From Dehalococcoidia bacterium (GTDB lineage Bacteria; Chloroflexota; Dehalococcoidia; UBA6926): 64,000 bases of DNA. Each line of letters begins with the position of its first letter. Position 1 is the first letter of the stretch. The translations under genes and the position numbers were made by a program. Below, piece after piece: positions 17,253 to 27,564 of this stretch. A model generated the notes under the pieces. It was not told where the DNA came from, searched no databases, and was given only the letters and a program-made list of their open reading frames with translations. The stretch is taken from positions 88,413 through 152,412 of the forward strand of contig JBJKVP010000006.1 in the NCBI GenBank assembly GCA_045562535.1, read 5' to 3'.

Positions 17253-19688
17253 CTAACTAAGAGCTCCTTTCTTTTTTAAATTAGCAGTAGTTTTTTTTGA
17301 GAATCCTAATACTTCTTCAAACACGTATTGGTTATGTTCTCCCATTGCGGGGGCTGGATTGGTTGATGTCCCAGGGGTTTCTGATAAATGAACGTTCAGG
17401 CCTTGATGTTCTGTAAAGCCGAATTCTGGGTGGTCTATCTGAACAATTCCTTCGGCCCTAGATCGTAAATGCACGTCGTGATAAAGATCTTCTGCGTTCA
17501 TTACGGCGCTGGCGGGGACTCCTGCTTTTTGAAGGATCCTTGCTACGGTTGTTGCTGTGAACTGGTTTGTCCATTCATTTAATCGTTGATCTAGTGCCTC
17601 TTTATTAGCGACTCTGCTATCTATATTTGAATACTCCGTTTGTTCTGCCCAGCTGGGTGAACCGATAGCGGTCTTTAGATTTTCCCATTGTTCTTGATTT
17701 TGTATTGAGATTGCGCACCATGAGTCGTAGCCTACACAAGAATAAACATCATGAGGAGCAGCTTCGCTTGAGTTGTTGCCAACAGGTTTCGGAGGCCGCT
17801 GATTGTGAGTATAGTCAATTATTCCGACGCCCAGGAAATGCGCCATCGCTTCCAGTTGGGCTATTTCAATAAGTTGGCCACTACCTGTCCGATCTCGATA
17901 TTCCAATGCTCCAACGACTGACATGGCGCCCAATATCGCGGCAACGTAATCTGGGAATGGCATTTTCACCCTTGTGTCCAGCGGGCTACTTTCTGCACCC
18001 CAGAGGTGAGTGAGTCCGGTCATGCCCATTACTTGCTGTCCATAAGATCGGTATTCATGGATAGGACCAGAAGATCCCATTCCTGGCATTGATAGCATGA
18101 TAATATCTTCTTTATATTTTTTTACTTCGGAGTAACTAATCCCTAGTTTCTCCATAACTCCTGGCCTAAAATGCTCTATAATCACGTCACTCTTTTTAAC
18201 CAATTGGAAGAAAGTCTCTTTCCCCTCTTTGGTCCTGATGTCGATGGTGACACTGAGTTTATTTCTGTTCATATCAGTGTAATTAGTCCCCATTGTTCTT
18301 GGGTTCTCTAATCCTTCGGATTCTATTTTTATTACCTCTGCGCCAAAGAATCCTAGATACATTGCTCCAATAAATCCTGCATGCGCTCTTGTTAGATCTA
18401 TCACTCTTATACCTGTTAGAGGAGAATCTAAGGATGTTATGGGCGGTGTTTTTTTAGCTGATGCCGGTGTTTTTTTAATGGAAGCTTTTCCTCTTAACTG
18501 CTCTTTTATTTCTTTGGTATGTTCACCAATGGTTGGAGCTGGGCGTGACGCTTGCCACTTAGACTTTTCGTAGATTACAGGGGGTCCTGGTCTCTTAAAT
18601 TTTCCGATTACCGGATGATCTTCTTCGACTATGAACCCTCTTTCTTCTACGTGAGGGTGCTTAACAAACTCTTCCATTTTTAGTAGAGGGACTATAGGAA
18701 TTCCGCCTTTTTGCCCTTTTTCTACAAGTTCATCCCTGTTAACCTGTATCGCGAATTCTTGAACGAAAGAATCAATCATTTCTCTATTCTCAGTTCGAAC
18801 CTCTCGTTTTTGCCAAAGCGGGTCTGACAGAATGGGATGGTCAAGAACGTTTCGGGCGAGTCTTCCAAAATGCTCGTCTGAATAAACTGAGATATTTACG
18901 TATCCAGAATCGGCTGTGTGATAAGTGTTGACCGCACCAAAAGCAGTGTGAGAACCTTCCCTTCTAGTGATCATATCTAGATACTGGTATCTGGATATAT
19001 AGCTATTTTGAAGCCATAAAACAACCTCTTGCCTAGATACGTCTATGTGTTGTCCATTACCCGCAAGAATTGATTTTGCCCTAATAGCTAAGAGTGCTCC
19101 AAATGCTCCATGAATTGAGGCAAATTGAGACAAAAGCTCGAATGGGGCCATGCAGGGAGCAGCATTATCGTCACCGTTCGCATACATTATTCCCCCTGCT
19201 GCTGCTGCTATCAGTTCTCCGCCTACCCAACTTGCTTTTGGGCCAGACTGCCCGAAAGGAGTAATCGATATATATATTAGATTTGGGTTAAGATCGTGTA
19301 TGGTTTCATAATCTAACCCTAAAGTTTTCAGAAACCCTGGCTGAAAATCTTCGACTAGAATATCGGCTTGCTGAATCAAGTCGACCAAGACACTCCGGTC
19401 TTCATCCGAAGATGTGAAATCTAAAACAATACTCCTCTTACTTCTGTTTGCATTGATAAATGATAAGCTCCGTTCAGGGCCAGCAATATCTTCAGCAAAA
19501 GGGCCAATTGACCTTGAGGGGTCGCCCCCTGAAGGCTCTACCTTTATCACATCTGCGCCTAGATCACCTAAAGTCCTTGCGCACATTTGCGACAGGTGAC
19601 TAGTTAAATCTATAACGCTATATCCGTCCAGTATGGAAGTAGCGGTATTGGACTGCTGATCAATAGCCATGGTTATCTCATTTTCCAT
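17253..19688 (-). CDS. tandem-fused double family III CoA-transferase (two CaiB/BaiF modules in one 811-aa chain)
   Basis: Module 1: YSVIDLTSHLSQMCARTLGDLGADVIKVEP. K/P/T-rich linker: KKTPASAKKTPPITS. Module 2: IRVIDLTRAHAGFIGAMYLGFFGAEVIKIES. Its start overlaps the upstream gene's end by 16 nt. Confidence 0.8.
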   Translation of the reverse strand: MENEITMAIDQQSNTATSILDGYSVIDLTSHLSQMCARTLGDLGADVIKVEPSGGDPSRSIGPFAEDIAGPERSLSFINANRSKRSIVLDFTSSDEDRSVLVDLIQQADILVEDFQPGFLKTLGLDYETIHDLNPNLIYISITPFGQSGPKASWVGGELIAAAAGGIMYANGDDNAAPCMAPFELLSQFASIHGAFGALLAIRAKSILAGNGQHIDVSRQEVVLWLQNSYISRYQYLDMITRREGSHTAFGAVNTYHTADSGYVNISVYSDEHFGRLARNVLDHPILSDPLWQKREVRTENREMIDSFVQEFAIQVNRDELVEKGQKGGIPIVPLLKMEEFVKHPHVEERGFIVEEDHPVIGKFKRPGPPVIYEKSKWQASRPAPTIGEHTKEIKEQLRGKASIKKTPASAKKTPPITSLDSPLTGIRVIDLTRAHAGFIGAMYLGFFGAEVIKIESEGLENPRTMGTNYTDMNRNKLSVTIDIRTKEGKETFFQLVKKSDVIIEHFRPGVMEKLGISYSEVKKYKEDIIMLSMPGMGSSGPIHEYRSYGQQVMGMTGLTHLWGAESSPLDTRVKMPFPDYVAAILGAMSVVGALEYRDRTGSGQLIEIAQLEAMAHFLGVGIIDYTHNQRPPKPVGNNSSEAAPHDVYSCVGYDSWCAISIQNQEQWENLKTAIGSPSWAEQTEYSNIDSRVANKEALDQRLNEWTNQFTATTVARILQKAGVPASAVMNAEDLYHDVHLRSRAEGIVQIDHPEFGFTEHQGLNVHLSETPGTSTNPAPAMGEHNQYVFEEVLGFSKKTTANLKKKGALS

Positions 19689-20467
19689 TGAGGAGATCGT
19701 CGCTCCGTGAAAGCTAACGGCCCTTCTTTAGCATCTTCGCTGCCTAAAACTTTGGCAGATAATTCTTTAGAGAAGCGTTGTGAATTTTCAGGCGACATAC
19801 TTTTGCCCGTGTAAGCTATTTCTTTGATCGCCTGGACCGCAAGAGGTGCGCAGCTTTTTATTTGTTCAGCAATCCGCAAGCACGCTGCCATGACTTCCTC
19901 TCTATCTTCGACCACCTCTTGTATTAAACCTGATCGAAGCGCGTCTTCTGATGAGACTCTTTCCCCTGTCAACATTATTTTTAGTGCATCTCCTAGTGGC
20001 ATCATACGGGTCAGATAATGTAGTCCGTAACCTGGCATTATGCTCCACCTTGGCTCCGGCAGCCCAAACTGGGATTTTTTGCTAGCAACCCTTATGTCAC
20101 ATTGCATTGCTAATTCCAATCCTCCGGCTACACAAAACCCGTCGATGGCGGCTATTATTGGTTTCCATACACCTAAATCAGGAATATATTGGGACCCTAA
20201 GCTTGCTTCTGCAAAAGCTGATAACCCCTCTTCCTGCCTTTCGTTGACTTCCTTTAAGTCAGCTCCTGCTGAGAAGGCTTTTCCTCCTGCTCCAGTAACT
20301 ATGGCTACAAAAACTTCTGGGTCATTTTTGATTTCAATCCATGCATTATAAAGGCCTTCATTTACTGAGCTATTTAATGCGTTTAAAGCTTCGGGACGAT
20401 TAATGGTCACATACGCGATGTTGTCCTTCTTCTCATAGATTACGGTGTTATTTGTTGAGTTCGCCAT
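19673..20467 (-). CDS. enoyl-CoA hydratase/isomerase (crotonase) family
   Basis: 264 aa with VIYEKKDNIAYVTINRPEALNAL, GAGGKAFSAGADLKE, DGFCVAGGLELAMQCD. Confidence 0.85.
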   Translation of the reverse strand: MANSTNNTVIYEKKDNIAYVTINRPEALNALNSSVNEGLYNAWIEIKNDPEVFVAIVTGAGGKAFSAGADLKEVNERQEEGLSAFAEASLGSQYIPDLGVWKPIIAAIDGFCVAGGLELAMQCDIRVASKKSQFGLPEPRWSIMPGYGLHYLTRMMPLGDALKIMLTGERVSSEDALRSGLIQEVVEDREEVMAACLRIAEQIKSCAPLAVQAIKEIAYTGKSMSPENSQRFSKELSAKVLGSEDAKEGPLAFTERRSPQWKMR

Positions 20468-20509
20468 GATCTCCTCCTAATAATTTCCTTGCTATTCTAG
20501 TTCTTTCCA

Positions 20510-20586
20510 TGGTCGGGGCGCCCAGATTTGAACTGGGGACCTCCGCGTCCCGAACGCGGCGCGCTGCCGAACTGCGCTACGCCCCG
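20510..20586 (-). tRNA. tRNA-Pro (anticodon CGG), CCA encoded
   Basis: Reverse complement is CGGGGCGTAGCGCAGTTCGGCAGCGCGCCGCGTTCGGGACGCGGAGGTCCCCAGTTCAAATCTGGGCGCCCCGACCA. Anticodon loop TTCGGGA. Confidence 0.9.
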
Positions 20587-20782
20587 ATGATATATCAAAT
20601 GTAATGTAAATCTATAAGAACTTAGGCATTTCCTTCCAATAAGTTTTTACCATATCATACGAATAATATATATTTATTAAGTACGAAATCGTTTTTACGT
20701 AAGTTTAGAATAGAATACAGTAATAAAAGCTTTTACTCTAAATTGTTAAATATGTAATTAAAATATCTAAAGTTGGTAGTAG

Positions 20783-23700
20783 ATGGTAGATAATAATAGA
20801 CCTAAAACTCTCTCAACCCTGATTGGTGAACGCATTCTGGTATTGGATGGCGCAATGGGGACTACTATACAAGATTTGTCACTGACCCCCGAAGATTTTG
20901 GAGGCAGCGAGTATGAAGGATGCAACGAATTCTTGAACGTAACTCGACCAGAACTTATTCGCGGCATCCATAACAAATTTCTGGAAGCTGGAGCCGATAT
21001 AATTGAGACAAATAGTTTTGGAAGTACCCCTTTAGTTTTAGCCGAATATTCCCTTCAAGACCGCGCCGAAGAGATCAGCATGCTCGCAGCTAGTAATGCA
21101 GTTGAAGAAGCAAAGCAATTTTCTACAGTTGATAAGCCTCGGTTTGTAGCCGGCTCTATGGGGCCAACTACAAAAGCAATATCAGTCACAGGTGGCGTCT
21201 CTTGGGACGAATTAGTTGAGAGTTACCGAGTTCAAGCAAGAGGGCTTATAAGTGGAGGAGTAGATTTACTTTTATTGGAAACTTCGCAAGATACCCTCAA
21301 TGTGAAAGCGGGACTGGAAGGAATTGACAGAGCTTCAGCAGATACGTCCATTGATTTGCCTGTCGCTATTCAGTGCACTATAGAAACTATGGGCACTACT
21401 CTAGGAGGCCAAGATATTGAAGCGTTTTATACTTCAATATCTCACCGTAATTTGATCTGGGTTGGTTTAAATTGTGCAACTGGCCCAGAGTTTATGCGTG
21501 ATCACGTTAGGAGCCTAGCAGAGATTTCAAAATTCCCAGTTTCAGTAATTCCAAATGCAGGACTACCAGACGAGGATGGGGTTTATCATGAGACTCCCCA
21601 GAAGATGTCTGAAATCCTTGATTCTTTTCTTAAAGAAGGGTTGGTTAATATTGTTGGTGGATGCTGTGGGACAGGAACCAGCCATATTGATCAGATGTGC
21701 TTGTTGGTAAATAAGTATCATCCAAGAAGAATAAATTTTACGCCTGAGTCAAAGCTTTCAGGATTGGAAGCCGTCGTAGTTAATGATGATTCCAAACCAA
21801 TTCTTATAGGTGAGCGAACAAATGTGTTAGGTAGCAGAAAGTTTAAAAGGTTAATTTTAGAAGGTAAAATCGATGAAGCCTCTGAGATAGGACGCCACCA
21901 ACTACGGGGTGGGGCGCACTTGTTAGATGTATGCTTACAGGATCCTGACCGTGAAGAAACACAAGACATGATCGATTTCTTAGATGCGCTCACAAAGAAA
22001 ATAAAAGCCCCATTGGTGATTGATTCTACTAGTTCAGAGGTTATAGAAGAAGCACTAAAGCGAACCCCCGGAAAATCTTTGATAAATTCAGTAAATTTGG
22101 AAAACGGGGAAGAGCGCTTCGAACAAGTAGTCCCCTTAGCTAAGAGGTATGGAGCGGCGTTGGTTGTTGGGTGCATAGATGACGATCCAGACCAAGCGCA
22201 GGCAATAACTAAGGAGCGTAAACTGGAAATAGCAACACGTTCTTATACGCTACTCACTGAAAAATATGGGGTTTTACCAGAAGATATCTATTTTGACCCA
22301 TTAGTTTTCCCAATTGGAACAGGAGATAAAAATTATATTGGATCGGCAATTGAGACGATCGAAGCTATTAAAAACATAAAACAAGCTCTCCCTTTAGCAA
22401 AGACTATTCTAGGTATATCCAACGTATCCTTTGGGCTTCCTTCAGCAGGTCGCGAAATACTCAACGCTGTTATGCTTTATCACTGCGTTTCATCTGGACT
22501 TGATACAGCAATAGTGAATACTGAAAGCACCGAACGATATGCATCTATATCGGATGAAGAACGTAAACTTGCAGAGAATCTGATTTGGTGGGAAGGCGAT
22601 GATCCTATAGCAGAATTCGCCGATCATTTTAGAGAGCGAAAAGTTAAAATTGCCCCATCAGCTAATAAAAACCTAACCTTAGACGAGCGAATATCTGGAT
22701 GTATTATTGAAGGAACTAAAGAAGGACTTATACAAGACTTAGATGAGGCTCTTAAAAAATCATCGGCGTTGAATATTATCAATGGCCCTCTAATGGATGG
22801 AATGGACGAAGTCGGCAGACTATTCGCTGGGAATGAACTAATAGTGGCCGAAGTTTTACAATCCGCTGAGGTTATGAAAGCCGCGGTTGCCCACTTGGAA
22901 CCGTTTATGGAATCTGGTGAGTCAAATATAAGAGGAAGTGTGCTTTTAGCGACAGTAAAAGGGGATGTTCATGATATTGGGAAAAACCTTGTGGACATTA
23001 TGCTTTCAAATAACGGTTATAAAGTAATCAATCTTGGGATAAAAGTTTTGCCTCAGGAGCTAGTAAAGGCTTCTAAGGAAAATAACCCCGATATTATTGG
23101 TTTATCAGGGCTCTTAGTAAAATCAGCTCAAATGATGGTAGAGACAGTTAAAGATCTTAAAGAAGCCGGCATTGAGGTACCAGTATTGGTTGGCGGAGCT
23201 GCTTTGAGTAACAGATTTACCCGTCTTCGAATTGCACCTAACTATGGAGGCTTAGTTGCATACGCTCCAGATGCTATGGCAGGGCTTAGGATTGCTGGTG
23301 AAATACAGGATGAAGAGAAGAGAAAACAATTAGTAGTGCAAATAGATAAAGAGGCCGAGGAATTAGCTAAGCGCGCCCAGAGAGATGCGGAGCGTCGTAG
23401 CTCAGGCTTGGTAACAGAAAATAATAAAGGCTCTTCGGTAAAAGTACTTAGCCAAGTACCTGTCCCGCCAGATTTAAAGGGGCACACTATTAACGACTAC
23501 GATTTGAACAAGATTTTTTCTTATATAAACCCAACGATGCTTTACGTCCGGCACTTGGGGTTCAGAGGAAAATTTACGGAAAGATTAAACGAGGGAGACG
23601 CTAAAGCTTTAGAGCTTGCAGCTAAGGTATCAGCGGTCCAAGAAATAATGTTAAAAAGAGATGATATCCAAGCCAAAGCGGTCTATAAATTTTTTCCTGC

Positions 23701-24292
23701 AGAAGCGGCGGGCAATGATGTTAAGTTATTCACAAGTGATGGAACTAGCTCGACATTCAAATTTGGAAGACAAACGGCAGGAGACCATTTATGTTTATCT
23801 GATTATGTGTTGCCGCAACTATCAGATAAAACTGATTACACTGCTTTATTTGTTACCAATATTGGACCTGGTGTTCGAAATTTAGCAGAGGAATGGAATG
23901 AAAAAGGTGATTATTTAGCATCACATATATTGCAAGTGCTAGCATTAGAAGGTGCAGAAGCCTTTGCCGAGTTGCTACATCAGCAGATAAGAAGAATGTG
24001 GGGAATCTCAGATCCTGAGGACATCACTAAAGAGCAACTTTTTAAAGCGCAGTATCATGGGAAGAGATTCTCTTTTGGATATCCTGCATGTCCCAGGCTT
24101 GAAGATCAATTATTACTTTGGGAGTTATTAAATCCTACTGATAATATCGGCGTTCAGTTGACCGATGAATACATGATGGATCCTGAGGCATCTGTAAGTG
24201 CGATGGTATTTCATCACCCGGATGCAAAATATTTCAATTTAGGAGCGCAAGATATTGAGCTCCTTGAAAACAGGATAAAAGGAGAGAATTAG
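20783..24292 (+). CDS. metH: cobalamin-dependent methionine synthase
   Basis: 1169 aa with Hcy-binding, pterin-binding, B12-binding (GDVHDIGKN, DxHxxG) and AdoMet-activation modules in order. Confidence 0.95.
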   Translation: MVDNNRPKTLSTLIGERILVLDGAMGTTIQDLSLTPEDFGGSEYEGCNEFLNVTRPELIRGIHNKFLEAGADIIETNSFGSTPLVLAEYSLQDRAEEISMLAASNAVEEAKQFSTVDKPRFVAGSMGPTTKAISVTGGVSWDELVESYRVQARGLISGGVDLLLLETSQDTLNVKAGLEGIDRASADTSIDLPVAIQCTIETMGTTLGGQDIEAFYTSISHRNLIWVGLNCATGPEFMRDHVRSLAEISKFPVSVIPNAGLPDEDGVYHETPQKMSEILDSFLKEGLVNIVGGCCGTGTSHIDQMCLLVNKYHPRRINFTPESKLSGLEAVVVNDDSKPILIGERTNVLGSRKFKRLILEGKIDEASEIGRHQLRGGAHLLDVCLQDPDREETQDMIDFLDALTKKIKAPLVIDSTSSEVIEEALKRTPGKSLINSVNLENGEERFEQVVPLAKRYGAALVVGCIDDDPDQAQAITKERKLEIATRSYTLLTEKYGVLPEDIYFDPLVFPIGTGDKNYIGSAIETIEAIKNIKQALPLAKTILGISNVSFGLPSAGREILNAVMLYHCVSSGLDTAIVNTESTERYASISDEERKLAENLIWWEGDDPIAEFADHFRERKVKIAPSANKNLTLDERISGCIIEGTKEGLIQDLDEALKKSSALNIINGPLMDGMDEVGRLFAGNELIVAEVLQSAEVMKAAVAHLEPFMESGESNIRGSVLLATVKGDVHDIGKNLVDIMLSNNGYKVINLGIKVLPQELVKASKENNPDIIGLSGLLVKSAQMMVETVKDLKEAGIEVPVLVGGAALSNRFTRLRIAPNYGGLVAYAPDAMAGLRIAGEIQDEEKRKQLVVQIDKEAEELAKRAQRDAERRSSGLVTENNKGSSVKVLSQVPVPPDLKGHTINDYDLNKIFSYINPTMLYVRHLGFRGKFTERLNEGDAKALELAAKVSAVQEIMLKRDDIQAKAVYKFFPAEAAGNDVKLFTSDGTSSTFKFGRQTAGDHLCLSDYVLPQLSDKTDYTALFVTNIGPGVRNLAEEWNEKGDYLASHILQVLALEGAEAFAELLHQQIRRMWGISDPEDITKEQLFKAQYHGKRFSFGYPACPRLEDQLLLWELLNPTDNIGVQLTDEYMMDPEASVSAMVFHHPDAKYFNLGAQDIELLENRIKGEN

Positions 24293-24299
24293 ATATAGT

Positions 24300-25223
24300 A
24301 TGGGACAAAGTTACTACTATTACGAGGGAGTAAAGACATTTACCTCAAACCTGGATAAAAACCAGGTGGTGTACGGAGGTGTGCTTCCTATGGCGAAAAT
24401 GGCTACAGGGGATTGGGTTCGCCTTGTAATCTTCCCATTGATTTTGGACCAGGAAATAAAATCTTCTGGTAAATCAGTAAAAACAAAATACATTTTCTTG
24501 GTACCTGATTGGGATACTGATGAAGTACAGATTTTAGGATCGAATCGATTTTATTTGAAACCACATGGGAGAATATATAAATATCAATTAGATCCTGAAG
24601 GGTGTCATGAAAATAGATCGGATCACTGGGAATCTATTTTTCTAGAAGACGTTGCCGCCGCTACTGAAGGGCTTGAGAAAATTAACATAGAGTTAATTAG
24701 AGCTTCCTCACTATTATCTGAAACTTCGTTTTTAGATTTATTAAGGATAGCCTTGAATCAACCTGAGTCTATTATTGAACTGGCAGAGAAAATATTCGGC
24801 CCCAATGATTCTTCTAGAGAACCCTCTAGTTTGGCGGGCCCTGTTTGCAGAGAGTGTAAATATTCTGTAGGTGAAATGGAATATATTAAGGACTGGGATA
24901 GGATTCAATATTCCTGTTCGAGGTGTGGCAATGTTCAAGAAGCGGACATATCTGAGCAAGAGTATTGGGTACAATCCGAAGTTTTGGAATCAGCAGCTCT
25001 AGCGGTCATTGATCCAACACTAAAGATAATTAGAGAGAACGACGAATATTTAAATAGAGATTCAGTGATTGAGGGATTTATTGATAGCAATAATAAAGGC
25101 TGGTCAGATGACTTGGATAAAATGGTAGTCCCATTTGTCGATAGTGAAAGAGGTGGGCATAGCATCAAAGATTTGATGGAATTTGCTCGTGAGTGGGATA
25201 AACCTCATGCTGAACTAGCATAG
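24300..25223 (+). CDS. hypothetical protein with central CxxC...CxxC zinc-ribbon (CRECKYSV...CSRCGN)
   Basis: 307-aa ORF starting 8 nt after the metH stop. I recognise no family. Confidence 0.5.
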   Translation: MGQSYYYYEGVKTFTSNLDKNQVVYGGVLPMAKMATGDWVRLVIFPLILDQEIKSSGKSVKTKYIFLVPDWDTDEVQILGSNRFYLKPHGRIYKYQLDPEGCHENRSDHWESIFLEDVAAATEGLEKINIELIRASSLLSETSFLDLLRIALNQPESIIELAEKIFGPNDSSREPSSLAGPVCRECKYSVGEMEYIKDWDRIQYSCSRCGNVQEADISEQEYWVQSEVLESAALAVIDPTLKIIRENDEYLNRDSVIEGFIDSNNKGWSDDLDKMVVPFVDSERGGHSIKDLMEFAREWDKPHAELA

Positions 25224-25294
25224 AATTAATTGAGAATTGGAGTGGTATCAACTGCTACAATAGTCATGAAAATAAATCAATTATGGAGCGATAA

Positions 25295-27499
25295 ATGAAC
25301 GATGTTTCTCCAGAGATCCTTGCCGAACTATCTTTGACACAAGATGAGTACAAATTAATCCTGAAAAGTTTACAACGGACTCCAAATGAGCTTGAGTTAG
25401 GAATGTTTGGGATATTGTGGAGTGAACATTGTGGTTATAAACATTCAAAAAACCTACTTAGAACTTTCCCTAATACATCTCCAAGGGTTTTAATTGGCCC
25501 TGGTGAAGAGAATGCAGGCGCAGTTTCTATAGGAGACGGTCTGGCGGTAGTTATGAAAATCGAATCTCATAATCATCCGTCTGCTATCGAGCCGTATGAA
25601 GGAGCTGCTACGGGCGTTGGTGGGATTGTCAGAGATATTTTTAGTATGGGTGCGCGTCCTATTGCTTTGCTTAACGCTCTATTTTTTGGCCCACTTAATG
25701 AAAGCCCACGTAATGTTTTTCTTTTTGATGGAGTGGTTGCTGGTATTGGTGGATATGGGAATTGTATTGGCATACCCGATATAGGAGGTCAAGTCACCTT
25801 TGAACGCCCATATAATGGTAATCCATTGGTTAACGCAATGTGTGTTGGAATAGCACCAGAAGATGAACTTGTTAGAGCACAAACTGGGGGCAAAGGAAAC
25901 AGTTTGTTGCTTGTTGGAGCAGATACCGGTAGGGATGGGATACATGGCGCAACCTTTGCTTCCGTGGACTTAACTGCGGAATCCGAAGAACGGAAAACAG
26001 CGGTACAGGTCGGGAACCCTTTCTTGGAAAAAGTTTTGCTGGAAGCGTGCCTCGAGATAGCAAGTGAAGGTGCTTTGATTGGTATGCAAGATCTTGGAGC
26101 AGGAGGCCTGACAAGCGCAGTCATTGAGAGCGCAGCCAGTTCAGGTAGTGGGATTGATATTGATGTGGCACTTGTGCCAAGGAGCGAAGAAGGGATGACT
26201 CCCTACGAGATTATGTTATCTGAATCCCAAGAGCGCATGTTAATCGTTGTAAATGATGACCAATATCAATCCGCTAAAAAGATTTTTGAGAAATGGGATC
26301 TATCGTGCGTGAAGATCGGAACTGTAATCGATGGAGACACTGCAATAATTAGAGACTCTGGAGTTATTGTTGGTGAATTACCAATCAGCTCACTGGTGAA
26401 TGCTCCTGCCTACGACATTCAAGGACAAGAGGATACAAAAATCATAAATTTAAGGAATGAATCTTTAGAGACTTTAGATGAGCCAACCGATAGGAACCGT
26501 ACCCTATTGAAAATGCTAGATTATGGCAATATTGCGAGCAAGAAATCAGTTTACCGTCAATATGATCACCAGGTGGGCAATAATACCCTTATTGCCCCAG
26601 GAGCAGGAGATGCTGCTGTCATGAGGATAAAAGGCACGAAAAAGGGAATAGCGTTAACCGTAGATGTTAACCCTCTAGCCTGCTATTTAGACCCATATGT
26701 TGGCGGGGCTTTGGCAGTAATAGAGGCCGCTCGTAATATTTCATGCGTTGGTGCTACTCCCTTGGCTATCACCGACTGTTTAAATTTTGGAAACCCCGAA
26801 CGCCCAGAGATTGCTTATCAATTGACAGAAGCAATAAGAGGAATGGCAGATGCCTGTCGTGAATTGGAACTTCCAGTTATAAGCGGAAATGTTAGTTTAT
26901 ATAACGAATCGCAGGATGGAGCAATTTATCCAACCCCTACTGTAGGGATGGTTGGTTTGTTGGAAGATGTGGAACATAGAAACGGAGCTGGGTTTGTCTC
27001 AGAAGGAGATCAGATTTTCTTGCTCGGTAGGGAGAATTTGGAATCCCAAATACAAGATTTAGGTGGGTCTAGTTATTTATCTGTGATACATGGGAAAATA
27101 AGTGGTGCTCCACAATTAGATTTCAGTCTTGAGAAAAATGTCCAAGGATTTATTCGAGATGCGAGTAATAAAAATTTAATCAATTCAGCCCACGATGTTT
27201 CTGAAGGAGGTCTTATTGTTGCGATTGCTGAATCTTGCATAATGGGTAATATGGGAGCCTCAATCAGTGAACCCCTACCCAAAGAAGCTTCTTTGGATTC
27301 CTGCCTATTCGCTGAAACTCCTGGTAGGATCGTTGTTTCAGTTTCCCAAACTGTTGCCAATGAGTTCAAATCGCTTGCAATGGAGTCACAAATACCTATA
27401 TATTCTTTGGGTGTCGTAAGTGGGGACAAGCTCAAATGGGCTGGCACAATCGACGTTTCTCTCGAGAGCCTAAGGGAAGCTTGGGAAGAAGCACTTTAA
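25295..27499 (+). CDS. purL: phosphoribosylformylglycinamidine synthase subunit II
   Basis: 734 aa with LGMFGILWSEHCGYKHSK, ESHNHPSAIEPYEGAATGVGG and duplicated AIR-synthase-like domains. Confidence 0.95.
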   Translation: MNDVSPEILAELSLTQDEYKLILKSLQRTPNELELGMFGILWSEHCGYKHSKNLLRTFPNTSPRVLIGPGEENAGAVSIGDGLAVVMKIESHNHPSAIEPYEGAATGVGGIVRDIFSMGARPIALLNALFFGPLNESPRNVFLFDGVVAGIGGYGNCIGIPDIGGQVTFERPYNGNPLVNAMCVGIAPEDELVRAQTGGKGNSLLLVGADTGRDGIHGATFASVDLTAESEERKTAVQVGNPFLEKVLLEACLEIASEGALIGMQDLGAGGLTSAVIESAASSGSGIDIDVALVPRSEEGMTPYEIMLSESQERMLIVVNDDQYQSAKKIFEKWDLSCVKIGTVIDGDTAIIRDSGVIVGELPISSLVNAPAYDIQGQEDTKIINLRNESLETLDEPTDRNRTLLKMLDYGNIASKKSVYRQYDHQVGNNTLIAPGAGDAAVMRIKGTKKGIALTVDVNPLACYLDPYVGGALAVIEAARNISCVGATPLAITDCLNFGNPERPEIAYQLTEAIRGMADACRELELPVISGNVSLYNESQDGAIYPTPTVGMVGLLEDVEHRNGAGFVSEGDQIFLLGRENLESQIQDLGGSSYLSVIHGKISGAPQLDFSLEKNVQGFIRDASNKNLINSAHDVSEGGLIVAIAESCIMGNMGASISEPLPKEASLDSCLFAETPGRIVVSVSQTVANEFKSLAMESQIPIYSLGVVSGDKLKWAGTIDVSLESLREAWEEAL

Positions 27500-27564
27500 A
27501 AAAATATATTTAAACTCTATAATCATTTATTCCGTGAGCAGCAATTTAGGAGGCAGCAATAACG

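Noticed and set aside
20587-20782. A riboswitch (cobalamin or SAM) in the 196-nt leader of metH
   Set aside because: The region is extremely AT-rich with no B12-box-like or SAM-I/II-like conserved segments or convincing paired helices that I could find by eye. It cannot be excluded without a covariance-model scan.
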